A program made the position numbers and the translations under genes. From Cyanobacteriota bacterium (GTDB taxonomy: Bacteria; Cyanobacteriota; Cyanobacteriia; PCC-6307; Cyanobiaceae), in assembly GCA_041181185.1 (NCBI GenBank), contig JBEGQC010000010.1, forward strand, positions 28,039 to 92,038: a stretch of DNA of 64,000 nucleotides, in the 5' to 3' direction. The notes below the pieces were generated by a model that did not search any database, was not told where the DNA came from, and was given only the letters and a program-made list of their open reading frames with translations. Of this stretch, positions 1 through 12,200 are shown piece after piece; position 1 is the stretch's first letter; each line of letters starts with the position of its first letter.

Positions 1-2050
1 CGATGGTTTCGATCAGCTCCTGCCAGTAGCCCCGCCAGGAGATCAGGAACATGAATCCGGTTGCCCACACCAGGTGGCCAAACAGGAACATCCACGCCCA
101 GACGGCCAAATTGTTGGTGCCTGAGGGGTTGTAACCGTTGATCAGCTGGGAGCTGTTGAGCCACAGGTAGTCGCGGAACCAACCCATGAGATAGGTGCTG
201 GATTCGTTGAACTGGGCCACATTGCCCTGCCAGATGGCCAGGTGTTTCCAGTGCCAATAGAAGGTGAGCCAGGCCACCGTGTTCAAGGCCCAGAACAACG
301 CCAGGTAGAAGGCATCCCACGCCGAGATGTCGCAGGTGCCGCCACGGCCGGGGCCGTCGCAGGGGAAGGAGTAGCCGAAGTCCTTTTTATCGGGCATCAG
401 CTTGGAACCCCGGGCATCCAGGGCACCCTTCACCAGGATCAAGGTGGTGGTGTGCAGCCCCAAAGCGATGGCGTGGTGTACCAGGAAATCGCCGGGGCCG
501 ATCTGCAGGAACAGGGAGTTGTTTCCCGCATTCACAGCCTCCAGCCAGCCAGGCAGCCAGACGGCGCCGGGGCCAGGGGCATTGCTCACGAGACTGTTGG
601 GGTTGGCCAACAGCACATCCATGCCATAGAGCGCCTTGCCGCTTGCCGCTTGCACGAACTGGGCGAACACGGGCTCCACAAGAATCTGCTTCTCGGGAGT
701 TCCAAAGGCCACCACCACGTCGTTGTGGACGTAGAGGCCGAGGGTATGGAAGCCAAGGAAGAGCGACACCCAGCTCAGGTGGCTGATGATTGCTTCCTTG
801 TGCTCCAGCATCCGAGCCAACACGTTGTCCTTGTTGGCCTCCGGGTCGTAATCCCGAATGAAGAAGATGGCACCGTGGGCAAAGGCACCGCACATCAGGA
901 AGATGGCGATGTACTGGTGGTGGGTGTAAAGCGCAGCCTGGGTGGTGTAATCCCGTGCGATGAACGCATAGGAGGGCAGCGAATACATGTGCTGCGCCAC
1001 CAGGCTGGTCACCACACCCAGGGAGGCCAGTGCCAAACCCAGTTGGAAGTGCAAGGAATTGTTGATCGTGTCGTAGAGCCCCTTGTGGCCCGCCCCCAGA
1101 TTCCCAGGGGTTCCCTTGGGTGGGTTGTGGGCGTCAAGGATCTCGCGGATCGAGTGGCCGATACCGAAGTTGGTTCGGTACATGTGGCCGGCGATCACAA
1201 AGATGCAACCAATCGCCAGGTGGTGGTGGGCAATGTCCGTCAGCCAGAGGGATTCCGTCTGCGGATGGAAGCCTCCCAAGAAGGTGAGGATCGCTGTGCC
1301 GGCCCCTGTGGAGGTGCCGAAGAGTTGGCCAGCTGCGTCGGGGTTTTGGGCGTAAACGCCCCAGTTTCCGGTGAAGAAGGGGCCAAGTCCCGCAGGGTGG
1401 GGGGCCACCGAGAGGAAGTTGTCCCAGCCCACATGCACACCCCTGGATTCAGGAATGGCCACGTGCACCAGGTGCCCGGTCCAAGCGATGGAACTGAAGC
1501 CGAAGAGCACAGCCAGGTGGTGGTTCAGGCGGGATTCCGCGTTTTTGAACCAGGCCAGCGAGGGCAGGAACTTGGGCTGCAGATGCAGCCAGCCGGCGAA
1601 GAGGGCCCAGGCCGAGAGGATCATCATGAAGATGGATCCCTGGTAAAGCTCGGCGTTGGTGCGCATCCCGATGGTGTACCACCAGTGATAGAGACCGGAG
1701 TAGGCCACATTCACGGGTGAGGAGGCGCCGGCCTGGGTGAAGGCCGTGATGGCGCCTTGGCCGAAGTGCGGATCCCAGATCGCGTGGGCGATGGGACGAA
1801 CGTGCAGCGGATCGGCGACCCACTGCTCAAAGTTGCCTTGCCAGGCGATATGGAACAGGTTTCCCGAAACCCAGAGGCCAATGATGGCCAGGTGTCCGAA
1901 GTGGGTGGAGAACAGCTTTTGGTAAAGCCTCTCCTCGGTCATGCCGTCGTGGCTCTCAAAGTCGTGAGCCGTGGCAATCCCGTACCAAATTCGGCGGGTT
2001 GTCGGGTCCTGTGCCAGACCCTGGCTGAACGAAGGAAATTTCGTTGCCAT
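1..2050 (-). CDS. psaB: Photosystem I P700 chlorophyll a apoprotein A2 (PsaB). The N-terminal ~683 codons are present; the C-terminus runs off the left window edge.
   Basis: The reverse complement from 2050 reads ATG GCA ACG AAA TTT CCT TCG TTC AGC..., giving [43 protein letters not shown], the canonical PsaB N-terminus. No minus-strand ORF in this frame is listed in the track, consistent with a frame that stays open to the window edge. It starts 20 nt downstream of the psaA stop, as in the conserved psaAB operon. Confidence 0.95.
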   Translation of the reverse strand, partial: MATKFPSFSQGLAQDPTTRRIWYGIATAHDFESHDGMTEERLYQKLFSTHFGHLAIIGLWVSGNLFHIAWQGNFEQWVADPLHVRPIAHAIWDPHFGQGAITAFTQAGASSPVNVAYSGLYHWWYTIGMRTNAELYQGSIFMMILSAWALFAGWLHLQPKFLPSLAWFKNAESRLNHHLAVLFGFSSIAWTGHLVHVAIPESRGVHVGWDNFLSVAPHPAGLGPFFTGNWGVYAQNPDAAGQLFGTSTGAGTAILTFLGGFHPQTESLWLTDIAHHHLAIGCIFVIAGHMYRTNFGIGHSIREILDAHNPPKGTPGNLGAGHKGLYDTINNSLHFQLGLALASLGVVTSLVAQHMYSLPSYAFIARDYTTQAALYTHHQYIAIFLMCGAFAHGAIFFIRDYDPEANKDNVLARMLEHKEAIISHLSWVSLFLGFHTLGLYVHNDVVVAFGTPEKQILVEPVFAQFVQAASGKALYGMDVLLANPNSLVSNAPGPGAVWLPGWLEAVNAGNNSLFLQIGPGDFLVHHAIALGLHTTTLILVKGALDARGSKLMPDKKDFGYSFPCDGPGRGGTCDISAWDAFYLALFWALNTVAWLTFYWHWKHLAIWQGNVAQFNESSTYLMGWFRDYLWLNSSQLINGYNPSGTNNLAVWAWMFLFGHLVWATGFMFLISWRGYWQELIETI

Positions 2051-2070
2051 TGAGAAAGGTCAGGTGGAGG

Positions 2071-4374
2071 TCAGCCGACCGCGATGATGCGGGCCAGGAA
2101 GAACGACCAGGTTGTGGCGATGCCACCCAGCAGATAGTGGGCGACGCCGACTGCACGGCCCTGGGTGATGGAAAGCGCACGAGGCTGAATCGCCGGCGCC
2201 ACCTTCAGCTTGTTGTGAGCCCACACGATGGACTCGATCAGCTCCTGCCAGTAGCCACGGCCACTGAAGAGGAACATCAGGCTGAAGGCCCAGATGAAGT
2301 GGGCACCGAGGAACATCAGGCCATAGGCACTGGAACTCGAGCCGTAGCTGTTGATCACCTGTGCGGCCTGAGCCCACAGAAAATCACGCAGCCAGCCATT
2401 GATTGTGATGGCGCTCTGGGCGAAGTTGCCGTTGGTGATGTGCGAAACAGTGCCATCGGCATTCACCGTGCCCCACACGTCGCTCTGCATCTTCCAGCTG
2501 AAGTGGAAGATCACGATCGACAGGGAGTTGTACATCCAGAACAGCCCGAGGAACACGTGATCCCAAGCCGACACCTGGCAGGTGCCGCCACGGCCGGGGC
2601 CGTCGCAGGGGAAACGGAAACCCAGATTCGCCTTGTCGGGAATCAGGCGGGAGCTGCGGGCATACAACACACCTTTCAGCAGGATCAACACGGTGACGTG
2701 GATCGTGAAGGCGTGGATGTGGTGCACCATGAAATCGGCCGTTCCCAGGGGGATCGGCGCGGCGGCCACCTTGCCGCCCACGGCCACCACGCTGCCGTTG
2801 AACACTTCACTCACGCCGGCGAGGGCATTGGGTGCGGTGGTGCCGGCGGCGGCGGCGTGAAGGCCTTGGATCCACTGGGCGAAGACAGGCTTCAGCTGGA
2901 TCGCTGTGTCACTGAACATGTCCTGGGGACGACCCAGGGCGCGCATCGTGTCGTTGTGGATGTAAAGGCCAAAGCTGTGGAAGCCCAACCAGATGCACAC
3001 CCAGTTCAGGTGGCTGATCAGGGCATCGCGGGCCTTGAGCACCCGATCGAGAACGTTATCGACGTTCTTGGCTGGGTCGTAATCCCTGATCATGGCAATG
3101 GCCGCATGGGCCCCAGCGCCAACGATCAGGAAGCCACCGATCCACATGTGGTGGGTGAACAGTGACAGCTGGGTTGGGTAGGAAACACCGATGTAGGGAT
3201 AGGGCGGCATCGCATACATGTGGTGCGCCACGATGATCGTGAGCGACCCGAGCATGGCCAGGTTGATGCCCAGCTGTGCGTGCCAAGAGGTGGTGAGGAA
3301 TTCGAAGAGGCCGTTGTGCCCGTTCGGGGCGGGGAACAGCAGGGGATCGCCCTTCTGACCCTCAAGGATTTCCTTGATGCTGTGGCCGATTCCCCAGTTC
3401 GTGCGGTACATGTGGCCCGCCACGATGAAGAGCACCGCAATCGCCAGATGGTGATGGGCGATGTCGGTCATCCAGAGGCTGCCGGTCACAGGATTCAACC
3501 CACCCTTGAAGGTGAGGAAATCGCTGTAGGCGGCCCAGTTGCCGGTGAAAAAGGCAGAAATGCCCGCACCGAATCCAGGGAAGAGCTGGGTCAGCAGATC
3601 CAGGTTGAAGAATTCGTGCGGCAGGGGAATGTCTGCCACGGAGGCAATGGTCTTGCCGTTCAACACCAGGGGCTGGCCCGCATCAATGGCATCGAGCAGC
3701 TGCGTGGTGGGCAGCGACACGTGCAAGAGATGGCCTGTCCAGGAGAGGGAACCAAGCCCAAGCAGACCGGCCAGATGGTGGTTGAGCATCGACTCAACGT
3801 TCTGGAACCACTCGAGCTTGGGAGCTGCCTTGTGGTAGTGAAAGACACCGGCATTCAGCATGAGGCCAGCCATGACGAGAGCGCCGATGGCTGTGCACAG
3901 AAGCTGATACTCATTGGTGAAACCCCAGGCTCTCCACACGTGGAAGAGACCGGAGGTGATCTGAATGCCGTGGAAGCCGGCACCCACGTCACCATTCAGG
4001 ATTTCTTGGCCAAAGATGGGCCAAACCACCTGCGCGCTTGGTTTGACGTGCAGAGGGTCGGCCAGCCAGCCGCTGTAGTTGGAGAAGCGCGCACCGTGAT
4101 AAAAGGCGCCGCTGAGCCAGATGAAGATGACGGCCAGATGGCCGAAGTGAGCGCTGAAGATCTTGCGTGAGACCTCCTCAAGATCGCTCGTGTGGCTGTC
4201 GAAGTCGTGAGCGTTGGCGTGGAGGTTCCAAATCCAGGTGGTGGTTTTGGGACCTTTGGCGAGGGTGCGGTCGAAGTGCCCGGGCTTTTCAAAAAGCTCG
4301 AACGTCGCCGGAACAGGGTTCCGATCGACCAGCTCCTCCGCCTTTTTCCCACGCTCTGGTGGGCTGATGGTCAT
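2071..4374 (-). CDS. psaA: Photosystem I P700 chlorophyll a apoprotein A1 (PsaA), 767 aa
   Basis: ORF 2071..4587 trimmed to the internal ATG at 4374. It reads [61 protein letters not shown]... and contains [29 protein letters not shown] (the FX cluster cysteine loop). Length and sequence are diagnostic of PsaA. Confidence 0.97.
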   Translation of the reverse strand: MTISPPERGKKAEELVDRNPVPATFELFEKPGHFDRTLAKGPKTTTWIWNLHANAHDFDSHTSDLEEVSRKIFSAHFGHLAVIFIWLSGAFYHGARFSNYSGWLADPLHVKPSAQVVWPIFGQEILNGDVGAGFHGIQITSGLFHVWRAWGFTNEYQLLCTAIGALVMAGLMLNAGVFHYHKAAPKLEWFQNVESMLNHHLAGLLGLGSLSWTGHLLHVSLPTTQLLDAIDAGQPLVLNGKTIASVADIPLPHEFFNLDLLTQLFPGFGAGISAFFTGNWAAYSDFLTFKGGLNPVTGSLWMTDIAHHHLAIAVLFIVAGHMYRTNWGIGHSIKEILEGQKGDPLLFPAPNGHNGLFEFLTTSWHAQLGINLAMLGSLTIIVAHHMYAMPPYPYIGVSYPTQLSLFTHHMWIGGFLIVGAGAHAAIAMIRDYDPAKNVDNVLDRVLKARDALISHLNWVCIWLGFHSFGLYIHNDTMRALGRPQDMFSDTAIQLKPVFAQWIQGLHAAAAGTTAPNALAGVSEVFNGSVVAVGGKVAAAPIPLGTADFMVHHIHAFTIHVTVLILLKGVLYARSSRLIPDKANLGFRFPCDGPGRGGTCQVSAWDHVFLGLFWMYNSLSIVIFHFSWKMQSDVWGTVNADGTVSHITNGNFAQSAITINGWLRDFLWAQAAQVINSYGSSSSAYGLMFLGAHFIWAFSLMFLFSGRGYWQELIESIVWAHNKLKVAPAIQPRALSITQGRAVGVAHYLLGGIATTWSFFLARIIAVG

Positions 4375-4738
4375 CGAGAGGTTCCTCGAGGGACGGAATC
4401 GAGGTGGGTGGTCCACCCCTTCGATGGTGCTCCGGCGAGGCCGGGCCATCGGTGGGGCCCACGGGGGTGAGACCGCAAGCGGCCTGTGCCCTCCATGGGC
4501 TCCAGTCGACAGGGAAAACCCTTGTGACGACTGGCGCTTGGGGCCCCGATAGGGGACCGCTGGCGGAAGTATAGGGGTCGAAAACAAGTGTTTTTGGTCG
4601 CCAGTTACAAAGGTTCAATCCTGGGCTTTTCAAGGCTGTGACAGGCATCTGCTGGTGGGTTTCTTATATTCAAATCCTGTGTTTCGACACATTTCATTTG
4701 CACGTTCTTTGGCGTGCTCTGGTGCTGCTGCCTCGGCG

Positions 4739-6289
4739 ATGGCTTGGGCCGGCGACTGGGTGGTGTCAATGGCTCAGCAGAATGGATGGCTCGTGAGGAG
4801 TTCCAACGTGGGTGGTCGGCAGCGCCGTCTCTGGCTTGCGCGAACGTTGGCTTGGGCCCTGGTGCTGCTGTTCTTCTTCACCCCCTCGGCTGCACAGGCC
4901 CTCAGTTGGCGGCTGCCGGGACGGGCCACGCCACCTCCTCCCCGCTCCGCGAACGGGTTTGCACAGCAACGGCTGCAGGAAGTGCCCCCCCCCGATGGGG
5001 TGCAGAGACTGCAGGTGGCGCTTGAGGATCGCGATCCCCAGGTGCGCATCCTGGCCCCCGCCGACGGCAGCCTCCTGCCGGAGGGACCCTGGAGCTTGCG
5101 GCTGCAGGTGTCCGATTGGCCCTTGGTGGAAGCTGGTCCCCTCGGGATGGGCCCCCACCTGGTGGTGCAGCTGGATGGACAACCGCCGCGCCCTGTGGTG
5201 GCAACCGAGGTGGAGATGCCGCCGCTCTCCCCGGGCAGCCATTTGCTCACCGTCTATGCCGCCAAGCCCTGGGGAGAGGCGCACAAAGGCCCTTCTGCCC
5301 TGCAGCAGATTCGGGTGCATCGCCTGGCCGCCAATCCCGCCACCCTGCCCCCGCCTGGCACGCCCCAACTCATCCCCGTGAGCCCGGTCGGCCCCTCTGG
5401 TGCCCCGCCCCTGCTGCTGGACTGGCTGTTGATCGATGCCCCGTTGCAAGGCCTGCGCACGGAGGCCTTGGGCTGGCGGCTGCGGGTCACCCTCAATGGG
5501 GAAAGCGTGCTTCTGGATCGGCAGATCCCCGTTTGGCTGAAGGGCTGGCAGCCCGGCAGGAATGCCCTCCTTTGGGAGCTTTTGGATGGACGGGGGGAAC
5601 CCCTCAATCCTCCGTTCAATAGCCTCTTGCAAGAAGTGATCGTGCCGCCCGCCGTTGGGACCGATCAACCGCATTTTGGGGCGCTGACGGCACTGGAGAG
5701 GGCCGTTCTTCTCGGGGAGAAGCCCGCTTCGCTCCTGATGCCTGCCCCGGCCGACGAACCGCCGCCAGGCGATGTGCCTTTGCCTGAGCCCCCCCAACCA
5801 GCGGGGTCCCCGACCCAATCCGTTCCGCTGCCCCAGGATGCCCTGGAAGAGGAGAGCCCGCTGCCCGATTCGCCCCCCCCACCGCCCGTCGCTGATCGCG
5901 CCGACGGATCAGGCTCGCCCGAGGTGAACGCTGCGTCGTTGCCGCGCTCCGAGGAGGAGAGGGCTGAGAGGGCAGAGCCCCTCCCCGGTCCGCCGATGGT
6001 GTCCGAACCTGAACCTGAACCTGAACCTGAACCTGTGCCCGAGCCCACACCGCAACCGGAAACGGAAACGGTTCCTATGGCTCCAGCCAGCCAGCTTGCA
6101 GGGCCGACGGTGTCCGTCCGTCCTGCCCCGGCCGAGGCTCCCGAGGGGCCTGCACCCGAGGGCGGGCTGCCGCCAGAACCCCCCTCGCAGCCGTTGACGG
6201 CCAGGCAGGAGGTCAACCCCGATGGCACGTTGAAACGGCAGCCCCAACCGAGCCCCCTGCAGAGGCTGCGGGAGCGCCTGAATCGATGA
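4739..6289 (+). CDS. Hypothetical secreted or membrane-anchored protein with a Pro/Glu/Ala-rich C-terminal region
   Basis: ORF 4655..6289. ATG codons at 4739 and 4769 precede the hydrophobic segment LWLARTLAWALVLLFFFTPSAAQA, which looks like a signal peptide or anchor. The middle has beta-rich segments (HLVVQLDGQPP...PGSHLLTVYAAKPWGE). The last ~200 aa are low-complexity P/E/A-rich and include EPEPEPEPEP. I recognise no family, and the start is uncertain. Confidence 0.6.
   Translation: MAWAGDWVVSMAQQNGWLVRSSNVGGRQRRLWLARTLAWALVLLFFFTPSAAQALSWRLPGRATPPPPRSANGFAQQRLQEVPPPDGVQRLQVALEDRDPQVRILAPADGSLLPEGPWSLRLQVSDWPLVEAGPLGMGPHLVVQLDGQPPRPVVATEVEMPPLSPGSHLLTVYAAKPWGEAHKGPSALQQIRVHRLAANPATLPPPGTPQLIPVSPVGPSGAPPLLLDWLLIDAPLQGLRTEALGWRLRVTLNGESVLLDRQIPVWLKGWQPGRNALLWELLDGRGEPLNPPFNSLLQEVIVPPAVGTDQPHFGALTALERAVLLGEKPASLLMPAPADEPPPGDVPLPEPPQPAGSPTQSVPLPQDALEEESPLPDSPPPPPVADRADGSGSPEVNAASLPRSEEERAERAEPLPGPPMVSEPEPEPEPEPVPEPTPQPETETVPMAPASQLAGPTVSVRPAPAEAPEGPAPEGGLPPEPPSQPLTARQEVNPDGTLKRQPQPSPLQRLRERLNR
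6005..6034. repeat. (GAACCT)x5 in-frame hexanucleotide microsatellite encoding (EP)5
   Basis: Read directly: gaacct gaacct gaacct gaacct gaacct at 6005-6034, inside the Pro-rich CDS. Confidence 0.95.
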
Positions 6290-8157
6290 GCATCGCGCGC
6301 AAAGACCCCAAGCCCTTGGCGGCCATTGGCTTCAGCCCCTCGGCCGTGCCTTTGCTGCAGCAACTCCAACAGGCCTTCGATGGGCTCCTCATCCGCTGGC
6401 CCCATGCCGAAGAGGGTCCAGAGGCCTGGCTCAGCCGCTGTTGGCCAGAGGTTTCAGGGATTCTGGCCATTGGCGCCTGCGGGATGGTGATGCGCCTTGT
6501 GGCGCCCCTTCTGGCCGACAAACACACGGACCCCGCCGTGCTGGTGCTCGATCCGCAGGGGCGTTGGGTGGTGCCCCTGCTCGGCGGCCATGGGGCCGGG
6601 GGAGAGGCTCTGGCTCGAGAGCTGGCTGCTCTTCTGGATGGAACGGCTGTGGTCACGGGACAGTCGGCCAGCCAGGGTCTTCTGCCCCTCGATGCCTTTG
6701 GCACCGCATGGGGGTGGCGCCAGGGCGAGGGCGGCGACTGGTCGGCCCTGATGGTGGCGGCGTCCCGGCAGGGCCAGGCGGGATCCTGGCCCGTGCGCCA
6801 GGACTGCGGAGAGGTGCGCTGGCAGCAGTTGCAGGCCGCCCAGACCCTCTCCCCCGCACCTTCCCCACCCGGCGGGGAAGGCGTGGCTCCAGGCACGCTG
6901 GCGATCAGCGTGCGCCGCGGCGAGGACTGCCGCTGGCACCCCCCTTGCCTTTGGCTGGGGATGGGGTGTGAGAGGCACACCAGCCTCTCCCTGTTGGAGG
7001 GGCTGGTGGATGCCACCCTGGCGTTGGAAGGTTTGGCCCCTCAGGCGGTGGCAGGGCTCGCCAGCTGCACCCGCAAAGGAGATGAGGAGGCTCTGCTGGC
7101 CCTGGCGGCCCGCCGCGGCTGGCCCCTGCGGCTCTACTCCGCCGAGCAGTTGGCCGCCGTTGCGGTGCCCCATCCCTCCACCGTGGTGGAGCGGGAGATG
7201 GGAACCGCCAGCGTGGCTGAGGCTGGGGCCTTGCTGGCCGCCGCCCAGGCCGAGGCGGACCCCGGCAAGGACCCCTTGGCGATCCCCCCTGATCGTCTTC
7301 TGGTGCCGAAGCGAATCGCCCGGGCGGGGCCCCAGGAGCGGGGGGCCGCCACCCTGGCGATCGCCCTGGCCGAACGCCAATGGGCGCCCCAGCGGGGCAG
7401 CCTGCACCTGGTGGGCAGTGGCCCCGGAGCGTTGTCCCTGCTCACCGGAGAGGTGCGCAGGGTGTTGGCCCAGTGCAGCGCTTGGGTGGGCTACGGGCCC
7501 TACCTCGACCTGTTGGAACCCCTGCGCCGCCCCGATCAACTCCGCGTCGATGGTCGCCTCACCGAGGAGTTGGCGCGGTGTGCCGAAGCACTCGCCTTGG
7601 CTCGCGAGGGACTGACCGTCGCCCTGATCTCCTCCGGAGATAGCGGCATCTACGGGATGGCGGGCCTGGCCCTGGAGCTTTGGTGGGCCCTGCCCGAGCT
7701 GGATCGCCCCCCGTTCGAGGTGCACCCGGGTGTGTCGGCCCTGCAGATGGCGGCGGCCCGGGTCGGGGCTCCCCTGATGCACGACTTCTGCACCATCAGC
7801 CTCAGCGACCGCCTCACCCCTTGGCCGTTGATCGAACGCCGGCTGAGCGCCGCGGCGCAAGCGGATTTCGTGGTGGCCCTCTACAACCCCCGATCCCAAG
7901 ATCGCCACTGGCAATTGGAGCGGGCCCGGCAGCTGCTCTTGGCGCACCGTCCCCCAACGACTCCCGTGCTGTTGGCCCGACAGCTGTCCCGCCCCGGCGA
8001 GAGCTGCGCCACTTACACCTTGGCCACCCTGCCTTGCGAGGCGGTGGACATGGTGACCCTGGTGCTGGTCGGCAACAGCCAAACCCGTGCGCAAGCAGGT
8101 CGCCTGCTCACCCCCAGGGGCTACCCCCTGGAGGCCAGGAGCTGCGAATCGGGATGA
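6286..8157 (+). CDS. cobJ: Bifunctional cobalamin biosynthesis protein: CbiG-like N-terminal half fused to precorrin-3B C17-methyltransferase (CobJ/CbiH)
   Basis: 623 aa. The C-terminal half reads [38 protein letters not shown]...[20 protein letters not shown]...VVALYNPRS, typical of the tetrapyrrole methylase fold of CobJ/CbiH. The N-terminal ~340 aa resemble CbiG ([30 protein letters not shown]). The start codon overlaps the upstream stop. Confidence 0.85.
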   Translation: MSIARKDPKPLAAIGFSPSAVPLLQQLQQAFDGLLIRWPHAEEGPEAWLSRCWPEVSGILAIGACGMVMRLVAPLLADKHTDPAVLVLDPQGRWVVPLLGGHGAGGEALARELAALLDGTAVVTGQSASQGLLPLDAFGTAWGWRQGEGGDWSALMVAASRQGQAGSWPVRQDCGEVRWQQLQAAQTLSPAPSPPGGEGVAPGTLAISVRRGEDCRWHPPCLWLGMGCERHTSLSLLEGLVDATLALEGLAPQAVAGLASCTRKGDEEALLALAARRGWPLRLYSAEQLAAVAVPHPSTVVEREMGTASVAEAGALLAAAQAEADPGKDPLAIPPDRLLVPKRIARAGPQERGAATLAIALAERQWAPQRGSLHLVGSGPGALSLLTGEVRRVLAQCSAWVGYGPYLDLLEPLRRPDQLRVDGRLTEELARCAEALALAREGLTVALISSGDSGIYGMAGLALELWWALPELDRPPFEVHPGVSALQMAAARVGAPLMHDFCTISLSDRLTPWPLIERRLSAAAQADFVVALYNPRSQDRHWQLERARQLLLAHRPPTTPVLLARQLSRPGESCATYTLATLPCEAVDMVTLVLVGNSQTRAQAGRLLTPRGYPLEARSCESG

Positions 8158-8222
8158 CAGGATTCGAACCTGCGGCCCCTTCGTCCCGAACGAAGTGCGC
8201 TACCAAGCTGCGCTACATCCCG
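8149..8222 (-). tRNA. tRNA-Pro (anticodon CGG), 74 nt, no encoded CCA
   Basis: The reverse complement is CGGGATG TA GCGC AGCTTGGTA GCGC A CTTCG TTCGGGA CGAAG GGGCC GCAGG TTCGAAT CCTGT CATCCCG A. It folds by hand into a full cloverleaf, and the anticodon loop TT-CGG-GA gives Pro. Confidence 0.93.
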
Positions 8223-8287
8223 TGGGGCCAGTGTAGGAGATCAATCAGCAGCCCTGGTCCTTCGAGTTTGGTTGGGGTTGTCTAAAG

Positions 8288-9229
8288 TTGAGTGTTGCTC
8301 GGTTTGTTGGGAGAGCCCCCTTGCACTCGGCCAGCCCATCGCGGCAGGGCTCTGGACCCGCTGCCAAGCCCGAGTGGCTGCGGGTGAAAGCCCCGCAGCG
8401 CGAGCGAATCGGCCAGGTGGCGGATCTGCTGTCTGATCTGCATCTGAACACGGTTTGCCAGGAGGCCAGTTGCCCCAACATCGGCGAGTGCTTCGCAGGC
8501 GGCACGGCCACCTTCTTGATCATGGGCCCTGGCTGCACCCGGGCCTGCCCCTACTGCGACATCGACTTTGATCGGAGCGTGCGCGCCCTCGATCCCAGCG
8601 AGCCGGAGCGGCTTGCTGAGGCAGTTCAGCGCCTTGGGCTCAGCCATGTGGTGATCACGTCCGTGAACCGGGACGATCTGGAGGATGGGGGCGCACAGCA
8701 GTTTGTGGCCTGCATCGAGCAGGTGCGACGTCGCTCGCCGTTCACCACCATCGAGCTGTTGATTCCCGATTTCTGCGGCGATCCCTCGGCCTTGGCCCGG
8801 GTGATGGCCGCGGCTCCCGATGTGCTCAACCACAACATCGAAACCGTGCCTCGCCTCTACCGGCAGGTGCGACCCCAAGGTGATTACGCCCGCTCCTTGA
8901 CCCTGTTGCAGCAGGTGCACGACGGTTGGCCCAGGGTTTACGTGAAATCCGGGTTGATGGTCGGTCTGGGGGAACGGGATGAGGAGGTGAGCGCCGTGAT
9001 GGCCGATTTGCGACGCCATGGTGTCGATATCGTCACGATTGGTCAATACCTCTCACCTGGACCGAAGCATCTGCCTGTGCAGCGGTTTGTCACGCCGGAG
9101 CAATTCGAGGCGTTTCGCTGCGAGGGGGAGCATGGCCTGGGATTTCTGCAGGTGGTGAGCAGTCCGCTCACGCGCAGCAGCTATCACGCCGGAGAGGTGC
9201 ACCGCCTGATGCGCGAGCACCCCCGCTAA
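8288..9229 (+). CDS. lipA: Lipoyl synthase
   Basis: [10 protein letters not shown]...[16 protein letters not shown]...[22 protein letters not shown] carries both LipA cysteine motifs (CxxxxCxxxxxC and the radical SAM CxxxCxxC). The exact start is uncertain; the track uses TTG at 8288. Confidence 0.93.
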   Translation: MSVARFVGRAPLHSASPSRQGSGPAAKPEWLRVKAPQRERIGQVADLLSDLHLNTVCQEASCPNIGECFAGGTATFLIMGPGCTRACPYCDIDFDRSVRALDPSEPERLAEAVQRLGLSHVVITSVNRDDLEDGGAQQFVACIEQVRRRSPFTTIELLIPDFCGDPSALARVMAAAPDVLNHNIETVPRLYRQVRPQGDYARSLTLLQQVHDGWPRVYVKSGLMVGLGERDEEVSAVMADLRRHGVDIVTIGQYLSPGPKHLPVQRFVTPEQFEAFRCEGEHGLGFLQVVSSPLTRSSYHAGEVHRLMREHPR

Positions 9230-9244
9230 CGCTGCCCTGCTCCC

Positions 9245-12200
9245 TCAGACCACTGCTTGCTCCCGCTGGGCCAGTCCGACGGTGGCAAGTTCACTCGGGG
9301 GCACAAGCACCTTGAAGCGACCCTGCCAGCTGGCCCAATCCTTGAGGATGGCTTCAGCCCTCTGGCTGCCTGTGCGCCGCGCATGCTCCTCCAGCAGGGG
9401 GCGCAGGAGAGCGACCTGTTCGGGGGTGCTCAGGGGGTGGATGGCAACGGTGTCAGGATTGAGGAGCCGCCCGAGGCTGTTCTCTTCATCCAGAAGGAAG
9501 GCCACTCCGCCGGTCATGCCAGCGGCCACGTTGCGGCCGGTGCTTCCCAGCACCACCACCACGCCCCCGGTCATGTACTCGCAGCAATGGTCGCCGGTGC
9601 CTTCCACCACGGTCTTGGCCCCGCTGTTGCGCACGGCGAAGCGCTCACCGGCCCGGCCCCTCGCATAGAGCTCGCCGCCTGTCGCCCCGTAAAGGCAGGT
9701 GTTGCCGAGAATCACCTGATCCTCGGGGTCGGTGCGGCCAGGCGGAGGAATCAGGGTGAGAGTGCCCCCGTTCATGCCCTTGCCCACATAGTCGTTGGCT
9801 TCTCCCACCAACTGCAAGTGCATCCCCTGGAGCAGGAAGGCACCGAAGCTTTGGCCTGCGGCTCCGATCAAGGTCAGATCCAGCTCTCCTAGAAATCCAG
9901 TGTCGCCGTGGCGCCCGGCGATTTCGCCAGCCAAGCGCGTGCCCACGCTGCGGTCGGTGTTGACGATGGCCAAGCTGCGGGAGACGCGGCCATGGGTCTC
10001 GATGGCCTGAAGCACCTCAGGGTCGGCCAGGAGCCCATCCTCGAGGATCGGCCCGTTGCCATGGGCGTCGGGGTCGTGCTGGAGCCAGGAGCGATCTGTG
10101 GCCTGGGGCATGGGCCCAAGCAGGGAAGACAGATCCAGCGATGACGTCTTGGTCAGGGTGACCTGGCGTTGGCGAAGCAGGTCATTGCGGCCGATCAAGT
10201 CATCCAACCTGGCCACGCCAAGCACGCTGAGCAGTTGCCTCACCTCCTCAGCGACGAAAAGGAAGAAATTCACCACATGCTCAGGCAGGCCGGTGAAGCG
10301 TTTGCGCAGAGCTTCTTTCTGGGTGGCCACCCCCACAGGGCAGTTGTTCGTGTGGCAAACCCTGGCCATGATGCATCCTTCGGCGATCATTGCCACCGAG
10401 CCAAAACCAAACTCCTCGGCGCCGAGCATGGCGGCGACAACCACATCCCAGCCAGTCTTCAAGCCACCATCCACCCGCAGCAGCACCCGATCCCGCAGCC
10501 CGTTTTCCAACAGAGACCGATGCACTTCGGTAAGGCCGAGCTCCCAAGGGCTTCCGGCATGTTTGATGGAACTGAGGGGTGAGGCGCCGGTGCCGCCATC
10601 GTGCCCTGAGATCTGAATCACATCCGCATTCGCCTTGGCCACTCCTGCGGCGATGGTGCCGATTCCAATCTCGGCGACTAGCTTCACAGAAACCTTGGCA
10701 GCCGGATGCACCTGATGGAGGTCGAAGATCAGCTGGGCCAGATCCTCGATGGAATAAATGTCGTGATGGGGGGGCGGTGAAATCAGCGCCACCCCCGGTT
10801 TGCTGTGCCGCAGCCCGGCGATGTAGGCATCCACCTTGGGGCCAGGGAGCTGCCCACCCTCGCCGGGTTTGGCCCCTTGGGCCACCTTGATCTCCAATTG
10901 CTTGCCGCTGCGGAGGTATTCGGCGGTGACGCCGAATCGACCCGAGGCGATTTGCTTGATCGCGGAGCAGGCCGTATCCCCATTCACCAAGCCCTTCACC
11001 GAGGGCAGGGAGGCGGAATGGCCGGCGCCATCCACATCGTTCAGCACGGCGAAGCGCACGGGGTCTTCGCCCCCTTCACCGCTGTTGCTCTTGCCGCCAA
11101 TCCGATTCATGGCCACGGCGAGCACCTCATGGGCTTCCCGGGAGAGGGCCCCCAAACTCATGCCGCCTGTGCAGAAGCGACGGCAGAGGCTTTCCACACT
11201 CTCCACCTGCTCCAGTGGCAGGGGTGTGGGGGCGGGGGCGAGCTCCAGCAGATCGCGGAGCGCCGTGAGCGGCCTGCCCTCGAGCAGCTTCTGATAAGTG
11301 GCGAAATGGTCATAGCCCGGACCGGCGGCAACCGCGGCGTGGAGCACCTTCGCCATCTCGGGGCTGTTCATGTGGTATTCACCGCCGGTGCGGTATTGCA
11401 CAAAGCCCATGAACTCCAGCTTGGCGCGATTCAGCTCGGGAAAGGCCTTGGTGTGAAAAGCCAGGGTCTCGCTTGCCAGATCGGCCAGACTCAAGCCTGC
11501 GATGCGGCTTGTGGTGCCTCGGAAGGCCAGCTCGATCAGATCGGCACCAATGCCGATGGCTTCGAAGATTTGGGCACCGTGATAGCTGGCCAGAAGTGAG
11601 ATGCCGATCTTGGAGAGAATTTTTCTCAGACCATCTTCCAAGGCTTGCCGCACATTGCTTTGCGCTTTCTCCACGGTCAGGGCAGGAATTTTGCCGCGTT
11701 CGATCAGAGACTGGGTTTTCGGATGGGCGAGCCAATGGCGGGTGGTCTCCCATGCCAACCAGGGACAGACGGCACTCGCCCCGTATCCGATCAAGCAGGC
11801 CAGGTGGTGCGTGCTCCAACACTGGGCCGTTTCCACAACGATGGAGGCCTGCAAGCGCAATCCCTTGCGCAAGAGGTGGTGGTGCACCGCCCCCACCGCG
11901 AGCAATGGAGGGATCGTGCTGAACAAGGCCGTGATGCCCCCTCCGGCACGATCAGAGATCACCAGAATCTGATTGCCGCCCCGCACGGCAGCTTCGGCCT
12001 CAAACGTGAGGCGCTCTAGGGCCGTTTTGAGCCCTGCAGGCCCCTCGGCCACCGGCAGCAGGGTGGAGAGGGTGGCCACTGCCAACCCCTGGCTGCCCAG
12101 GGCGCCCAAATCGGATTCGTTGAGCACGGGCGTCCCCAGATGCAACACGGCGGCACCCGCTGGATCGGGCCGCAGGGCGGAGCCGCGACGACCCAAGTGC

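Noticed and set aside
242-4170. Long plus-strand ORFs 242..1720 (492 aa), 2044..3165 (373 aa) and 3220..4170 (316 aa)
   Set aside because: They lie antisense to the unmistakable psaB and psaA genes. Their translations are Gly/Arg/His/Val-rich low-information sequences, typical of the reverse strand of high-GC genes.
4568-4573. Possible psaA promoter -10 element (TATACT on the minus strand), about 190 nt upstream of the psaA ATG
   Set aside because: It is a good hexamer, but I could not find a matching -35 element at 17 +/- 1 nt, and there is no experimental TSS. It is too speculative to list as a feature.
6005-6034. CRISPR array candidates: the hexanucleotide repeat here and the 435-bp duplication at 35617-36486
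   Set aside because: Both are in-frame coding repeats with no repeat-spacer architecture, and there are no cas genes in the window.
6454-8094. Minus-strand ORF of 546 aa
   Set aside because: It is antisense to the cbiG-cobJ fusion gene. It is Gly/Pro/Gln-rich, has no recognisable motifs, and looks like a high-GC artefact.
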